Source: an uncultured Planctomycetia bacterium
Lineage (GTDB): Bacteria; Planctomycetota; Planctomycetia; Pirellulales; Thermoguttaceae
Assembly (NCBI GenBank): GCA_963791075.1
Contig: CAWBRF010000037.1
Span: 55,353-119,352 of the forward strand
Direction of reading: 5' to 3'
Length of the DNA stretch: 64,000 nt
Shown: positions 21,157-31,823 of the stretch, in pieces
Numbering within the stretch: position 1 is the stretch's first letter
How the letters are laid out: each line of letters begins with the position of its first letter
The notes under the pieces: generated by a model
Told to the model about the DNA's origin: nothing
What the model saw: only the letters and a program-made list of their open reading frames with translations
The model's database searches: none
Position numbers and translations under genes: made by a program

Positions 21157-21840
21157 TCAGGCCAACAGGGCGGCGATGACTCCAGTGAGAAAGACGCCGT
21201 CGAAGGTGCCGGCGCCGCCGATCGAGACCATCGGTGCGCCCAGCCCGGACAAATGGCCCAGATTCAACAAATCGGCCCCGATCAACGTGCCCAGCGTGCC
21301 GGAAATGTAGGCCAGCGGAGCGGCCGCTTGACGCGTAAGCGCCAAGGCGACCGCGGCGGCGATCACCGGCGGAACGAACGTCGGCACGGCAACGCCCAAT
21401 CCGGGGACGAGTCTCGCCAGGTTGTAGACGACCACGGTCACGACGGCCACGCCCAGCGCCGCCCGGCCGTAAAACGTGTTCTTCGTCAGCAGGTAGAGGC
21501 AAAGGATCGTGGGAATGACCGCCCCGCCAATGTTCACGGCGAGCACCGTGTCCGGCGATTCGCGAACCACCGGCATGCGATAGTAGCCCCAAGGAAAGGG
21601 GACGGTCTGAACGGCGACGCCGCGCTGGCCGCGAATTTTCGCCACGGGGAGGTTGACATAGCTGCCCAAGAGCGACAAGAACAGCACCGCAAAAACATAG
21701 CGGCGGTGGATGCCCATCTTCTCGTAGGCATGGCTGAGGATGCCCAATTCGACCAGGGCCACGGCGATGGCGAAAAGGAGGGCGAGACCCCAAAAGAACA
21801 GGGGCGCCAGCGGCAAATAATGATAGCCGGATGGAAGCAT
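21157..21840 (-). CDS. DUF1614-like integral membrane protein
   Basis: ORF 21157..21897 with a probable start at the Met at 21840 (MLPSGYHYL). Polytopic, with LLGSYVNLPV and VNIGGAVIP motifs. Confidence 0.5.
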   Translation of the reverse strand: MLPSGYHYLPLAPLFFWGLALLFAIAVALVELGILSHAYEKMGIHRRYVFAVLFLSLLGSYVNLPVAKIRGQRGVAVQTVPFPWGYYRMPVVRESPDTVLAVNIGGAVIPTILCLYLLTKNTFYGRAALGVAVVTVVVYNLARLVPGLGVAVPTFVPPVIAAAVALALTRQAAAPLAYISGTLGTLIGADLLNLGHLSGLGAPMVSIGGAGTFDGVFLTGVIAALLA

Positions 21841-21928
21841 TCGCGTTTTCACCGGGCTCGGGCGCCATGCCCACGCAAGCGTGGGCATGGCGCCCAACTC
21901 AAACTTTCATCCTCATATCGCCGAGCCG

Positions 21929-22946
21929 CTACTTTTCCTGCGGCTTCGCCTCTTGCGCGGGAAAATGTTTGCCGTGCTGCTCCATGATCCACTTGCCGTG
22001 CTTCTGGATCATTTCCCAAACATCGCTGGCCGACGCCTTCCAACGCAGATTCACCTTGTCGCCTTGCACTCTCACGTGCAGGGCTTCGATCAGCTTCCTT
22101 GCGTCCGGATTTTCGCCGGCGTGCGCCGCGGCCAATGCCTTTCCGCCCTCGACGATCGACTTCAGGTCGCCGGCAAACTCGTCGCTCTTCGTCCTTGCCG
22201 CGGCGTGAAGAACAACTGGCCGTTGTCCTCCCCCATGCTAAAACGCAACGAGCGAATCTGTTTCGCGATCGGCGACTTGCAGGGCAAATCGGCCTCCGCC
22301 AAGCCGGTCGCCCTGGCCAAGACCATCGTCCCCGGGCGGACCTTGCCGGAGAGCGGCCCATTGCCGACGGCGGGCGCCTTGCCGTCGAGAACCGCCAGGG
22401 CCGTTTTCAGTTCCTCGACGCTGGAGGCAAACACGAGTGCGTTGAATTCGGAGTAAAGACCCGCCCCAGGGGCTGCGTTCTTGTACGCCGCGGCCCAGAT
22501 TGTCCGCGCGTGCCCGTGGCGTGTCTCCGTCCAACTGTGGAGATCGTAGGATCCGAACTTCTCGACCTTATGATCTTTCGCCTTTGCGGCCGTCGCCTCG
22601 GCCAGCTTCAGATCGAAATTGGCGTGAACAATCAACACGCCGGTGTGCTTGCCCAATTCCTTCCCGTAGGCGGTCAGGCCGTGCAAGTCCTTGCAGACGT
22701 CCTTGGAGACGTCGATGCCGAACTTGTCGCGGATCTCCTTGAACTTCTGTTCGGCGCCCTTGTGCATCTCCAAGCACTTGGGCCAGGCGTCTGCACCAGG
22801 ATGGATGCCCGCATCGCGTCCACGTTAACGTGGATAAGCCATTTGGCGTCGGCGGGGACCTGCTTCAAGTCGAGCGGTTCCGCGCGGACGACGGCCGCCA
22901 AGCCCAAAACAGCGGTGAGAACGAGTCCAAATGCAAACGGTTTCAT
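21929..22946 (-). CDS. secreted hypothetical protein; frame-broken
   Basis: The signal peptide MKPFAFGLVLTAVLGLAAVVRA is in ORF 22674..22946, the body in 22162..22773 and the tail in 21929..22135. Changes near 22790 and 22200. Confidence 0.5.
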
Positions 22947-23120
22947 GATTCACCTCCACAATCGGGATAAAAAATGCGTCCTGAGGATAGTTTGCGCAAT
23001 GTCCGGCAGAAAAACAAGGCTCGCAGGCGACGGAGCCCAAAACACCCCTCGGATGGGGAAACGACGGCAAATGAGGACAACAGGGAAAACGCGGAATGTG
23101 TTGAGCAATGACCAGGGCGG

Positions 23121-23160
23121 GTTCCCCTCACCATACCCTCTCCCGAGGGGAGATGGGGAC
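23121..23160. repeat. GC-rich palindromic intergenic element, long form
   Basis: gttcccctcaccataccctctcccgaggggagatggggac. Confidence 0.6.
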
Positions 23161-23365
23161 CGCAATAGGCCGTTTCGCGAGTTCTAGCCTTTGCGGGTGG
23201 TTCAATCCGGCTCTTTGTGGTGTCCAGGTTCGCCTTGACCCTTCGGGCGAAAAGCACTATTCTTCGCCTCACGACATGCTATTCTCCTGCGATCGGCATG
23301 AGGCCGATCAAGCTTTTCTTGTCGGCTCGATCAGACAGGTCGTCGCCGAAGGAGTGCACGGACGC

Positions 23366-25089
23366 ATGAATCGCCGTCAGGTCTCGGTCTGTTTCATTCT
23401 CGCGGCGTTGTTGCTTGGCGGGTGTTCCGCATGGACCTCGCTGACCACAAATCCCGACGAGGAGAAGGCCAAGGAAGCGCAGAAGAAGTCGCGACACGCG
23501 CGACCGGCTGGTGGGCGACGTCTGCGTCCCCTTCGGGATGTTCCCCGTCGAGATCAAGGGATCGGCTGGGTCACCGGATTGCACGGCACGGGCAGCGATC
23601 CGGAACCGTCGCCGCAGCGGGCGGTGCTCATCGAAGATATGCAGCGGCGAGGCGTCGACAACCCGAACACGCTGCTGGCCTCTCACGACGCCTCGATGGT
23701 CCTGGTCCGGGCAGTGCTTCGTCCGGGCATTCAGAAGGGCGATCATTTTGACATCGAAGTCCGCGCGCCGAACCGCAGCGAAACGACCAGCCTCCGCGGC
23801 GGCTACCTCCTGGAGACGCGGCTGCGCGAGATGCCCGTCCTCGGCGACGGCATGGTTCACAACGGCCGCGATCGCGGCACGGCCCAGGGCCCGGTCCTCG
23901 TCGATCCGACCGCCGATTTCAACAACGAGCAGAGTCGCGCCGTGCTGTGTCACGGCCGCATTTTGGGCGGCGGCATTTCCTTCGTGACCCGCGAATTGGG
24001 GCTCCTCATGACGAACGAGCACCGCGACGTCGTCGTCACGTCCCGGGTGGCCGCCGCCGTGAGCAAGCGGTTTTTCAATTACCAAAAGGGGATTCAAGTC
24101 GGCGTCGCCAAGGCGCACACGGACCAGTGGGTCGAACTGGCCGTTCACCCCCATTACAAGGACAACCTGGAGCGCTACATGCAAGTGGTTCGGGCGATCG
24201 CCATCCAGGAGACGCCGGCGCAGCAGATGCAGCGGATCATCGAACTGGAGAGGAAACTGTTTTCCGCGAAGGACGCGTCGCGGGCCGCCGTGCAATTGGA
24301 AGCCATCGGCCGGCCGGGCATCGAGACGTTGATGAAGGGGATGCAGTCGAGCGACCGCGAGGTGCAATTCTATTCGGCCGAGGCGCTGGCGTACCTGGGG
24401 CGCCGCGAGGCGGCGGAGCCGCTGGGCCGGGCCGCCCGCGACGAACCGGCGTTCCGCGTGTCGGCCTTGACCGCCCTGGCGGTCCTGGACGATCCGGCCG
24501 CCGCCGAGCAACTTCACAACTTGCTGGCGGCGGCCAGTGCGGAAACCCGCTACGGCGCCTTCCGCGCCCTCTGGATCGCCAACCCCAACGACCCCGTCAT
24601 CAAGGGCGAACAACTCGGCGGCCAGTTCAGCTACCACGTGCTGGACACCGCGGCGCGCCGATGATCCACGTCACGCGGAGCAATCGCGCCGAGGTGGTGC
24701 TCTTCGGCCGCCAGCAGACGTTCTCCACGCCCTTGTCGATCAACGCCGGCAACCAGATCATGATCACCAGCACGTACGGCCGGCGAAATCTCCGTGAGCA
24801 AGTTCAGCGTCGCACGACGCCGACCAGAAGCGCGTCGTGTCCAGCAGGGTGGACGACGTGATTCGGGCGATCGTCGAACTTGGCGGGACGTATCCCGACG
24901 TCGTTCAGGCGATCCAAGAGGCCAAGTCCGCCGGGGCCTTGCCCAGCCGCTTCGAGGTCGAAACCATGCCCGAAGGGGGACGGCAACTACGAGCGGCGCA
25001 CGGCAAGCGAGGCGAGCGACAAATCTCCACAAGACAAGGGAAACCCGGCCGCCGCGGTTCTCGCCGACGACAAGATGGCGGTCAAGTAG
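23366..25089 (+). CDS. FlgI (P-ring)-family lipoprotein with an inserted HEAT-repeat region; frame-broken
   Basis: Lipobox LLLGGCS. FlgI-like N-terminus (..VEIKGIGWVTGLHGTGSD) and C-terminus (RVDDVIRAIVELGGTYPDVVQAIQEAKSAGALPSRFEVE). HEAT-like segment (..SSDREVQFYSAEALAYLG..). At least 5 frame changes, near 23490, 23565, 24655, 24795 and 24975. Confidence 0.6.
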
Positions 25090-25137
25090 TCCGCCTGCTA
25101 TAATGCGGGGCGGGCCCCCAATTGACCTACCTTCAGC

Positions 25138-28100
25138 ATGCTCAAGGCACTCGAACTCGCCGGTTTCAAGAGCTTCGCCGACAAGACGCGTTTTGAATTC
25201 CCCCAGGGAATCACCGTCGTCGTCGGTCCGAACGGCTCGGGGAAATCGAACGTCGTCGACGCCATCAAGTGGGTGCTGGGCGAGCAGAGCGTCAAGAGCC
25301 TCCGCGGCCGGGAAATGGCCGACGTGATCTTCAACGGCTCCGGCGCCCGCCGGGCGATGAATTCGGCCGAAATCACCCTCACCTTCAACAACGCCAACCG
25401 CCTCCTGCCCCGTGGACACCCCCGAGGTCCACATCACCCGCCGCGTCTACCGCAGCGGCGAAGGCGAATACCTGCATCAATCGCAGCCCCTGCCGCTTGC
25501 GCGACATCCGCGACCTGCTGTCCGGCACGGGCATGGGCACCCAAGCCTACAGCGTCATCGAGCAGGGCAAGGTCGACGTCCTCCTGCAATCGTCGTCCCG
25601 CGACCGCCGCGTCATCTTCGAGGAGGCGGCCGGCATCAGCCGCTTCAAGCTGAAGAAGATCGAGGCGCTGCGGCGGCTGGAGCGGGTGGATCAGAACCTG
25701 CTGCGGCTCTCCGACATCGTCGACGAGGTGGACAACCGCCTGCGCACGCGTCCGCGCCCAGGCCGGAAAGGCCCGCCGCTACAAGGAATACACCGACCGC
25801 CTGCAGGAGCTTCGCACCCAGGTGGGGCTGGTCGACTGGCGGCGGCTGACCGAGCGGCTCGGCGGAGTTCGAGGCGGAACTCCAGGCGTCTGGCCGGCCA
25901 GCGCGACGCGCTTGGCGGCCTCCGCCGAGTCGATCGAGGCCCGATTGCTGGAAGCCGAAGGCCGCATCGGCGAAATCAACGAGGCCATTCGCCAGGCCGA
26001 ATCGCGGATCGCCGCCAACCGCGAGCGGATCGCCGCCGAGGAATCGACCGATCGAGCACGAGCGAAGCACGCGCCGCGACCTGGAAGAGGAAATCGCCCG
26101 CCATCGCCGGCGCAGCTGCTTGACGCTGGCCGCCCGCGCCGACGACCTGCAGCAGGAGTTGCACGACACCACGCGCGGCCGTCCGCGAGGCCGAGGAGCA
26201 GCACCGCCGGATCGCCCGAGCTGGTGACCGAAGGCCGAGCGGGCGCTTGACCGAGTTGATCGCCCGGCTGGACCATCTTGCGCGGCGAGAACGAGCAGCG
26301 GCGCGCCAGCCACCTGGAGCAGATGCGTCTGGCGGCGGGGCTGGCCAGCGAGACCAGCGCGCTGGAGAGCCAGGCGACCGCGGCCGAGGCGGTCCGCCAG
26401 CGGAGCCGCGACCGCATGGCCGAGTTGGACCGGCAGCTGGGCGAATTGGCGGCCGAGTTGGACCGAATTGCGCCGCCGCCGCGACGAACTGGCGCAGCTG
26501 CGCCGAGCGGCAGGAAGGCCTGGCCGGCCGAGGTCGCCGAGCAGACTCGCCCAATTGCAGCAGCGGCTTGGCCGACGGGCAAAGCGAACTGGGCGGCCTG
26601 CGAGCAGCGGCACACCGCGGCGGCCGAACGGGCCGCCGTGCTCGAAGAATTGGAGCGCCGCCAGGAGGGGCTCAGCGCCGGCGTCAAGGAAGTGCTGGCC
26701 CAGGCGGGAAGCCCCGGCGAGCGGCCCGTTCAAGGCGGTTTGCGGGCTGGTGGCCGATCTGTTGTGCGTGAGCGTCGAGGCGGCGCCGCTGGTGGACGTC
26801 GGCCTTGGGCCAGGCGGCGCAGCACTTCGTGGCCGCGCGCCGAGCAAGGAATTGTTGGAGCACTTGCAGGGCCAGTCGCAGCGTTTGGCCGGCCGCGTGG
26901 GCTTCTGTCTGGCTGGACGGCCACGGTCGCCGGCGACTGCCGCGGCAGGAGTCGATCTCGAAGGGCGGCCCGGGGTGCTGGGCCGCGCCGATCGCTTCGT
27001 CGAGACCCAGCCGCGCTATGCCCCCCTGGCCCGGCGGCTGCTGGGGCGGACCTGGATCGTCGAGAAACTCTCGCCCACGCCCTGGAGCTGGCCCGCTCGG
27101 CCGGGCGCGGGATTGAGCTTCGTCACCCTGGCGGGCGAATTGCTGGAGGCCGACGGCACGCTGGTTGTCGGGCCGCGGCAAGCGGCCGCCGGATTGATCT
27201 CGCGGCGAAGCCAACTCCGCGCATTGAAGGGCCAGTTGGCCGAGTTGGAGGAGCAGGATCGCCCAGGCCGAGGCCGCGGTTGCCGGCGTGCAGGAGCGGA
27301 TCGCCGTTGTCAGGAAGAGCATCAGCGGCGAACGGACGAACTTCGCCAGGCGCTGGACGCCGTGGCCGAGCATCGCCTGAAGATCTCCGCCGCCGAGGAG
27401 CGCCGCGCCAGTTCGACCAGCAGCGCGGCGCTGCTCGATGACGAATTGCAGGCCGCCGAGGCGCAACACGAAACGCCGCCCTGCTCCGCCTGGCCGAAGC
27501 CCGCGAAAAGCGCCGCCGGCTCGACGCCGGACCTGGCCGAGATGGAACACTGCCTGGCCGGCCTGGGCGAGCAGATCGCCGCCCTGGAGGCCCAGCGGCA
27601 GGCTCCAGCCGCGAAACCACGGAAACCAAGGTCGAACTGGCCAAGAGCGAGGAGCGGCTCCGCAGCCTGCACGCGCGGCTGCGGCAGATCGAGGAGGGCC
27701 GGCAGGAGCGCGACCCGCGCCCTGGCCGACGGCCGAAGAGCAATTGGCCGAGTGCATCCGCCGCGCCGAGACGTCGCGATGGAACATCCTTGCGGGCGGA
27801 ATCGGACATTGCCGAACTGTACATCCGCAAGGAGTCGTTCGCCGGCGAGACGGTCCAGCACGTCGACCGCCGCGAGATTGCTCCAGCAGCAGCGGGCGCG
27901 AACTGGCCGCCGAGGCGCAGAGACTCCGCGGCAAGGTCCGCAAGATCGAGGAACGCATCCATGCCCAGGACCTGGCGGCCAACGAAGTTCGCGCACGAGC
28001 GGACCACGCTGGTCGAGCGGCTGCGCGAGGATTACGGCATCGACCTGGCCGAAGTCGAACGACGAGTCCGCCGATCAGCAGGAGCACGAGCGCGAGGCGG

Positions 28101-28802
28101 TGCAGGAGGAGATCGACGAACTGCGGCGGAAGATCGACGCCATCGGCAGCGTGAACCTCGAAGCCCTCGAGGAACTCCAGTCGCTGGAGGCCCGCCACAA
28201 GACCCTTTCCGAGCCAGTTCCAGGACCTTTCCGACGCCAAGGCGGCGCTGGAGAAGATCATCGACAAGATCAACACCGACAGCCGGCGGCTGTTTTCCGA
28301 GACGCTGCAAACCGTGCGGGAGCATTTCCAGCAGCTGTTTCGCGACCTGTTCGGCGGCGGACACGGCGACATCGTGCTGGAGGAGGGCGTCGACATCCTG
28401 GAAAGCGGCATGGAAATCGTCGCCCGGCCGCCGGGCAAGGAGCCGCGAAGCATTTCGCTGCTCAGCGGCGGCGAGAAGACGTTGACCTGCGTGGCCTTGC
28501 TGCTGGCGATTTTCCGCAGCCGGCCCAGCCCCTTCTGCGTGCTCGACGAGGTCGACGCGGCCCTGGACGAGGCGAACATCGACCGCTTCACCAAGGTCCT
28601 GCGCGATTTCCTCGCCTGGACGCAGTTCATCATCGTCACGCACTCGAAGAAGACGATGACCTGCGCGGACACGATCTACGGCGTGACGATGCAGGAATCG
28701 GGGGTGTCGAAGCAAGTGTCCGTCCGCTTCGAGGACGTCAGCGACGACGGCCGAATTCTCTCGAAACCTCCCGCTGCGGACGACAAGACGCAGGCGGCGT
28801 GA
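25138..28802 (+). CDS. smc: chromosome segregation protein SMC; heavily frame-broken
   Basis: N-terminus [44 protein letters not shown]-terminus [39 protein letters not shown]. The coiled-coil and hinge pieces are spread over all three frames, with well over 10 changes. Confidence 0.9.
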
Positions 28803-28927
28803 GCCGTCAGGAAATTCCCCCGCCCGCCCTGCCCCCCGCGGCCGACGCTTGCATTTTCGCCTGCCTCGGGAATAGAATAGAGTGCGGGCTCGGCCGTGAG
28901 TCACAGCCGCCGCTTTGGGGGTGAACG

Positions 28928-29423
28928 ATGCCGGAACCGTCTTGGTGGATTCTGGCGCTGCTGGCTGCCCTGGCCGGGATCGTCGTCGTTCTCTGGCGGC
29001 CCGTCCGCTTGGCGGCGCGAGAGTCGCGGCTGTCCCAGGCAAAGCGGAATTTTCACCGCCAGCGGGAGCGTCTGGAAGCGAAATTCATTCAACTGGCCTC
29101 CACCCAGGCCAAACCGGACTCCCCCCGTTGGGCCGATTGCGAGTTCGACGACGCCGTGGCCTACGTCCGCAATCGATCGACCGGCGAATTGTCGGCCTTT
29201 GTCGCCGTGACCGTCGCCTTGCAAGGCGTCCACGACGCCGCAGCCGTCCTCGACGGCCGACTTGATCGGCAACCTCCGCGCCGGCACTGCCGTCTTCCGC
29301 TTCGATCGCGACCATTGGGAGACCGACGGCCGGGCCATCTTGAACCTCAGCCCCTCCGAGGCCATCCGCTTCTACCAGGACGACCTCGAAGTCGTCGCCC
29401 AGGAACTGACTTCGCACTTGTGA
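28928..29423 (+). CDS. hypothetical N-terminally anchored protein; frame-broken
   Basis: TM helix WWILALLAALAGIVVVLW. The tail ..DLIGNLRAGTAVFRFDRDHWETDGRAILNLSPSEAIRFYQDDLEVVAQELTSHL is in another frame (change ~29255). Stop at 29421-29423. Confidence 0.4.
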
Positions 29424-29446
29424 TCGCTCGCGGCGGCCACGGCCGG

Positions 29447-30010
29447 CTATGCCGCCGGCGGCGTCTCCCGCGCCAGCAGGCTGATCTGCTTGAATTCCGG
29501 CGTGCCCGCCGTGCGACACAACTCAAACAACGCCGACTCCGTCGTCGTCAACGTCGCCCCGGCCGAGTCCATCCGCGCAGCGCCGTGCGATGGTCGATCT
29601 CGAACCGCGAGCCCGCCGCGTCCACGGCGACGTAGACCCGCCAGCCGTCGGCCATCATGTCCAGCGCCGTCTGCTGCACGCAGACGTGCGTTTCCACGCC
29701 GCAGAGCAACAGCCGACAAACGCCGCGGGCGCGGAGCCTCGCAAACAGCTCTGGACAGCCGGAACAACTGAAGGCCAACTTCGTCGCCGGCTCGCCCAGC
29801 CTCGCGGCCACCTCGGGCACGGTCTTGCCCAGCCCCTGCGGATACTGCTCGCACGCCTCGACCGGCAGGCCGAGAAGCTTCGCCCCGTCGATCAACCGCC
29901 GCACATTCCAAACCACGCGGTCCGCGTCGCGAATGTGCGGCATCATCTTCTCTTGGACGTTCGATCACCAGCACCGCGGTGTCGCCGCGAGACATCAGTT
30001 CGGGGTTCAT
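29447..30010 (-). CDS. isochorismatase-family hydrolase; frame-broken
   Basis: MNPELMSRGDTAVLVI... continues in ORF 29548..29946 (..LLLCGVETHVCVQQTALD..) and returns to the first frame for the tail. Two frame changes. Confidence 0.7.
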   Translation of the reverse strand: MNPELMSRGDTAVLVIERPREDDAAHSRRGPRGLECAAVDRRGEASRPAGRGVRAVSAGAGQDRARGGREAGRAGDEVGLQLFRLSRAVCEAPRPRRLSAVALRRGNARLRAADGAGHDGRRLAGLRRRGRGGLAVRDRPSHGAARMDSAGATLTTTESALFELCRTAGTPEFKQISLLARETPPAA

Positions 30011-30107
30011 GCCCCGAAGCATACCGCAAGATCGCCCACAAAACAAGGGCCGGGCGGCGCTGGCTTGGCCAGCGCCGCCCGGCGAAAATCTTTGTTGACC
30101 GCCCTTG

Positions 30108-30977
30108 TCACCACGCCGTGGCCAACGACCGGGTCTGGCCGTGAATCCACTGCTGATCGACGACGCTGAGCTTCTCCGCCTGAATGCGGAACACGCTGCC
30201 GTCGTCTGTCGCCAAACGAACGACGCCGTCCTCGACGCTCAGCAGTCGGGCCTCGATCCGGTACTTGCCCGAAACGTCCGTCCACAGCCGCAGGCCGCGG
30301 ACATCGTTCTGGCCGAACGGATTGTCTCCCGCCGGCGCGGCCGGTTTGGCCGGGGCCTGTGGGGCGGCCGGCTTGGCGGCCTCGGGGGCGGCGGGCTTGG
30401 CCGGCTCGGGAGCAGCGGGTTTGGCCGGCTCGGGGGCGGCGGGCTTGGCCGGCTGCTCGGGGATTGGCGGAACCGTCGCTTTCTCTGCCGGCTTTTCCGC
30501 AGGTTGCTCCACCGGCTTCGCCGGTGCCTTCGGCGCTTCCACGGCGGGCAGCATCGGCGGCGGGGCCTTCGGCAGCATCGCGGCCGGCTTCGCCGGAGCC
30601 GGCGGCTCGGCCGCTGGCGGGGTCATTGGCTCGGCCGGCGGTTGCTTCAATGCCGGCATAGGCGGCGCCTGCGGCGCGGCCTTGACCGCTCCCGACCCAG
30701 ACGGAGCCGCAGGCGACGACATCCCACAGCAACCCGGACCGCACGTCTCGCAACACGCCGACTCGCATGGTGTGCAGCACACGGACTCGCAGCACCCCGA
30801 CGCACAGCACACTGGGGCGCAGCAATGGCGGCAGTGTCCACAGCACTTCATCACACGACTGCGGCTGGCGGCGCACCGCCGAACCATCCCGTCAAGACAA
30901 CACGCCGACGCCGCGTCGGCCACAACGAACGATGCGGCAAGCAACGCGGCTACGAACAACACGGAACGCTTTCCCAT
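30108..30977 (-). CDS. secreted protein: Cys-doublet-rich region, Pro/Ala repeats, C-terminal SHD1-like domain
   Basis: Signal peptide, then about 9 CC doublets within ~60 aa (CCGHCRHCCAPVCCASGCCESVCCTPCESACCETCGPGCCG). PAKPAAPE repeats follow. The C-terminus RLWTDVSGKYRIEARLLSVEDGVVRLATDDGSVFRIQAEKLSVVDQQWI fits the SHD1 pattern. Confidence 0.7.
   Translation of the reverse strand: MGKRSVLFVAALLAASFVVADAASACCLDGMVRRCAASRSRVMKCCGHCRHCCAPVCCASGCCESVCCTPCESACCETCGPGCCGMSSPAAPSGSGAVKAAPQAPPMPALKQPPAEPMTPPAAEPPAPAKPAAMLPKAPPPMLPAVEAPKAPAKPVEQPAEKPAEKATVPPIPEQPAKPAAPEPAKPAAPEPAKPAAPEAAKPAAPQAPAKPAAPAGDNPFGQNDVRGLRLWTDVSGKYRIEARLLSVEDGVVRLATDDGSVFRIQAEKLSVVDQQWIHGQTRSLATAW
30367..30455. repeat. 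24-bp tandem repeat, about 3.7 copies, inside the CDS
   Basis: Unit gcgggcttggccggctcgggggcg, encoding (PAAPEPAK)n on the reverse strand. Confidence 0.7.
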
Positions 30978-31280
30978 TTCGACATCCTCCCGTTATCAAG
31001 GAATAAAACAGAGATTTGGCCTTTCCACGACCGAAGCACCAATTGAAACTATTTTACCTAGCCCCCCTCCCTTATTCAATCACCCCGCCCGGCGATCGGA
31101 AATCATCTTCAAGGGAACGGAATGACTAGGCGGCGACAGCGGTTTGCTCGGGCAACGCGCAAAGCCCCCTCTGCATGGGGATGTGCTTTGGGGACCGACT
31201 CCCTGGTGCTCGGGCCGCTTTTGGGCCATATTGACGGATTGTTGAGGCATTGCTCCGAAATTCCCCCTTCAGGGCGTTTT

Positions 31281-31823
31281 ATGAAGACTCATTCAACCAC
31301 CGTGCTGACCGTGCGGCACAAAGGCATTGTCGCCATGGGCGGCGACGGACAGGTGACCGTCGGCAGTTCGATCATGAAGGCCGACGCAGTCAAGATCCGC
31401 CGCCTGCTCGACGACCAGGTCATCACCGGATTCGCCGGGGCCAGCGCCGATGCCTTCTCTTTGCTCGACCGTTTCGAGGCGAAGTTGAAGGACCATCGCG
31501 CGAACATGGTCCGGGCGGCGATCGAATTGGCGAAGGAATGGCGGACAGACCGCGCCCTGCGCCGCTTGGAGGCGATGCTCGCGGTCGTCGACGCTCAGCA
31601 TACGCTCCTGGTCACCGGGACCGGCGACGTGATCCAGCCGACCGACGGCGTGTTGGGGATCGGCTCGGGCGGGAGCTACGCCGTTGCCGCCGCCCGCGCA
31701 CTGCTGGCCCATAGCACGCTGGGCGCCGCGGAGATCGTCCGCACGGCGTTGACGATCGCCGCGGGCATCGACGTTTATACGAATACGAACATCGTCGTGG
31801 AGGAACTCGCGTGCCAGACTTGA
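31281..31823 (+). CDS. hslV: ATP-dependent protease subunit HslV
   Basis: ORF 31122..31823. Start at ATG 31281 (MKTHSTTVLTVRHKGIVAMGGDGQVT), which gives the catalytic Thr after processing. Confidence 0.9.
   Translation: MKTHSTTVLTVRHKGIVAMGGDGQVTVGSSIMKADAVKIRRLLDDQVITGFAGASADAFSLLDRFEAKLKDHRANMVRAAIELAKEWRTDRALRRLEAMLAVVDAQHTLLVTGTGDVIQPTDGVLGIGSGGSYAVAAARALLAHSTLGAAEIVRTALTIAAGIDVYTNTNIVVEELACQT

Noticed and set aside
20105-21874. Full-length 589-aa ORF 20105..21874, and likewise the 721-aa ORF 53162..55327
   Set aside because: Only the 3' portions (from ATG 21064 and ATG 54046) look like real proteins. The upstream parts overlap genes with stronger evidence (the DUF1614-like gene and the URO-D-like gene) and are compositionally junk.
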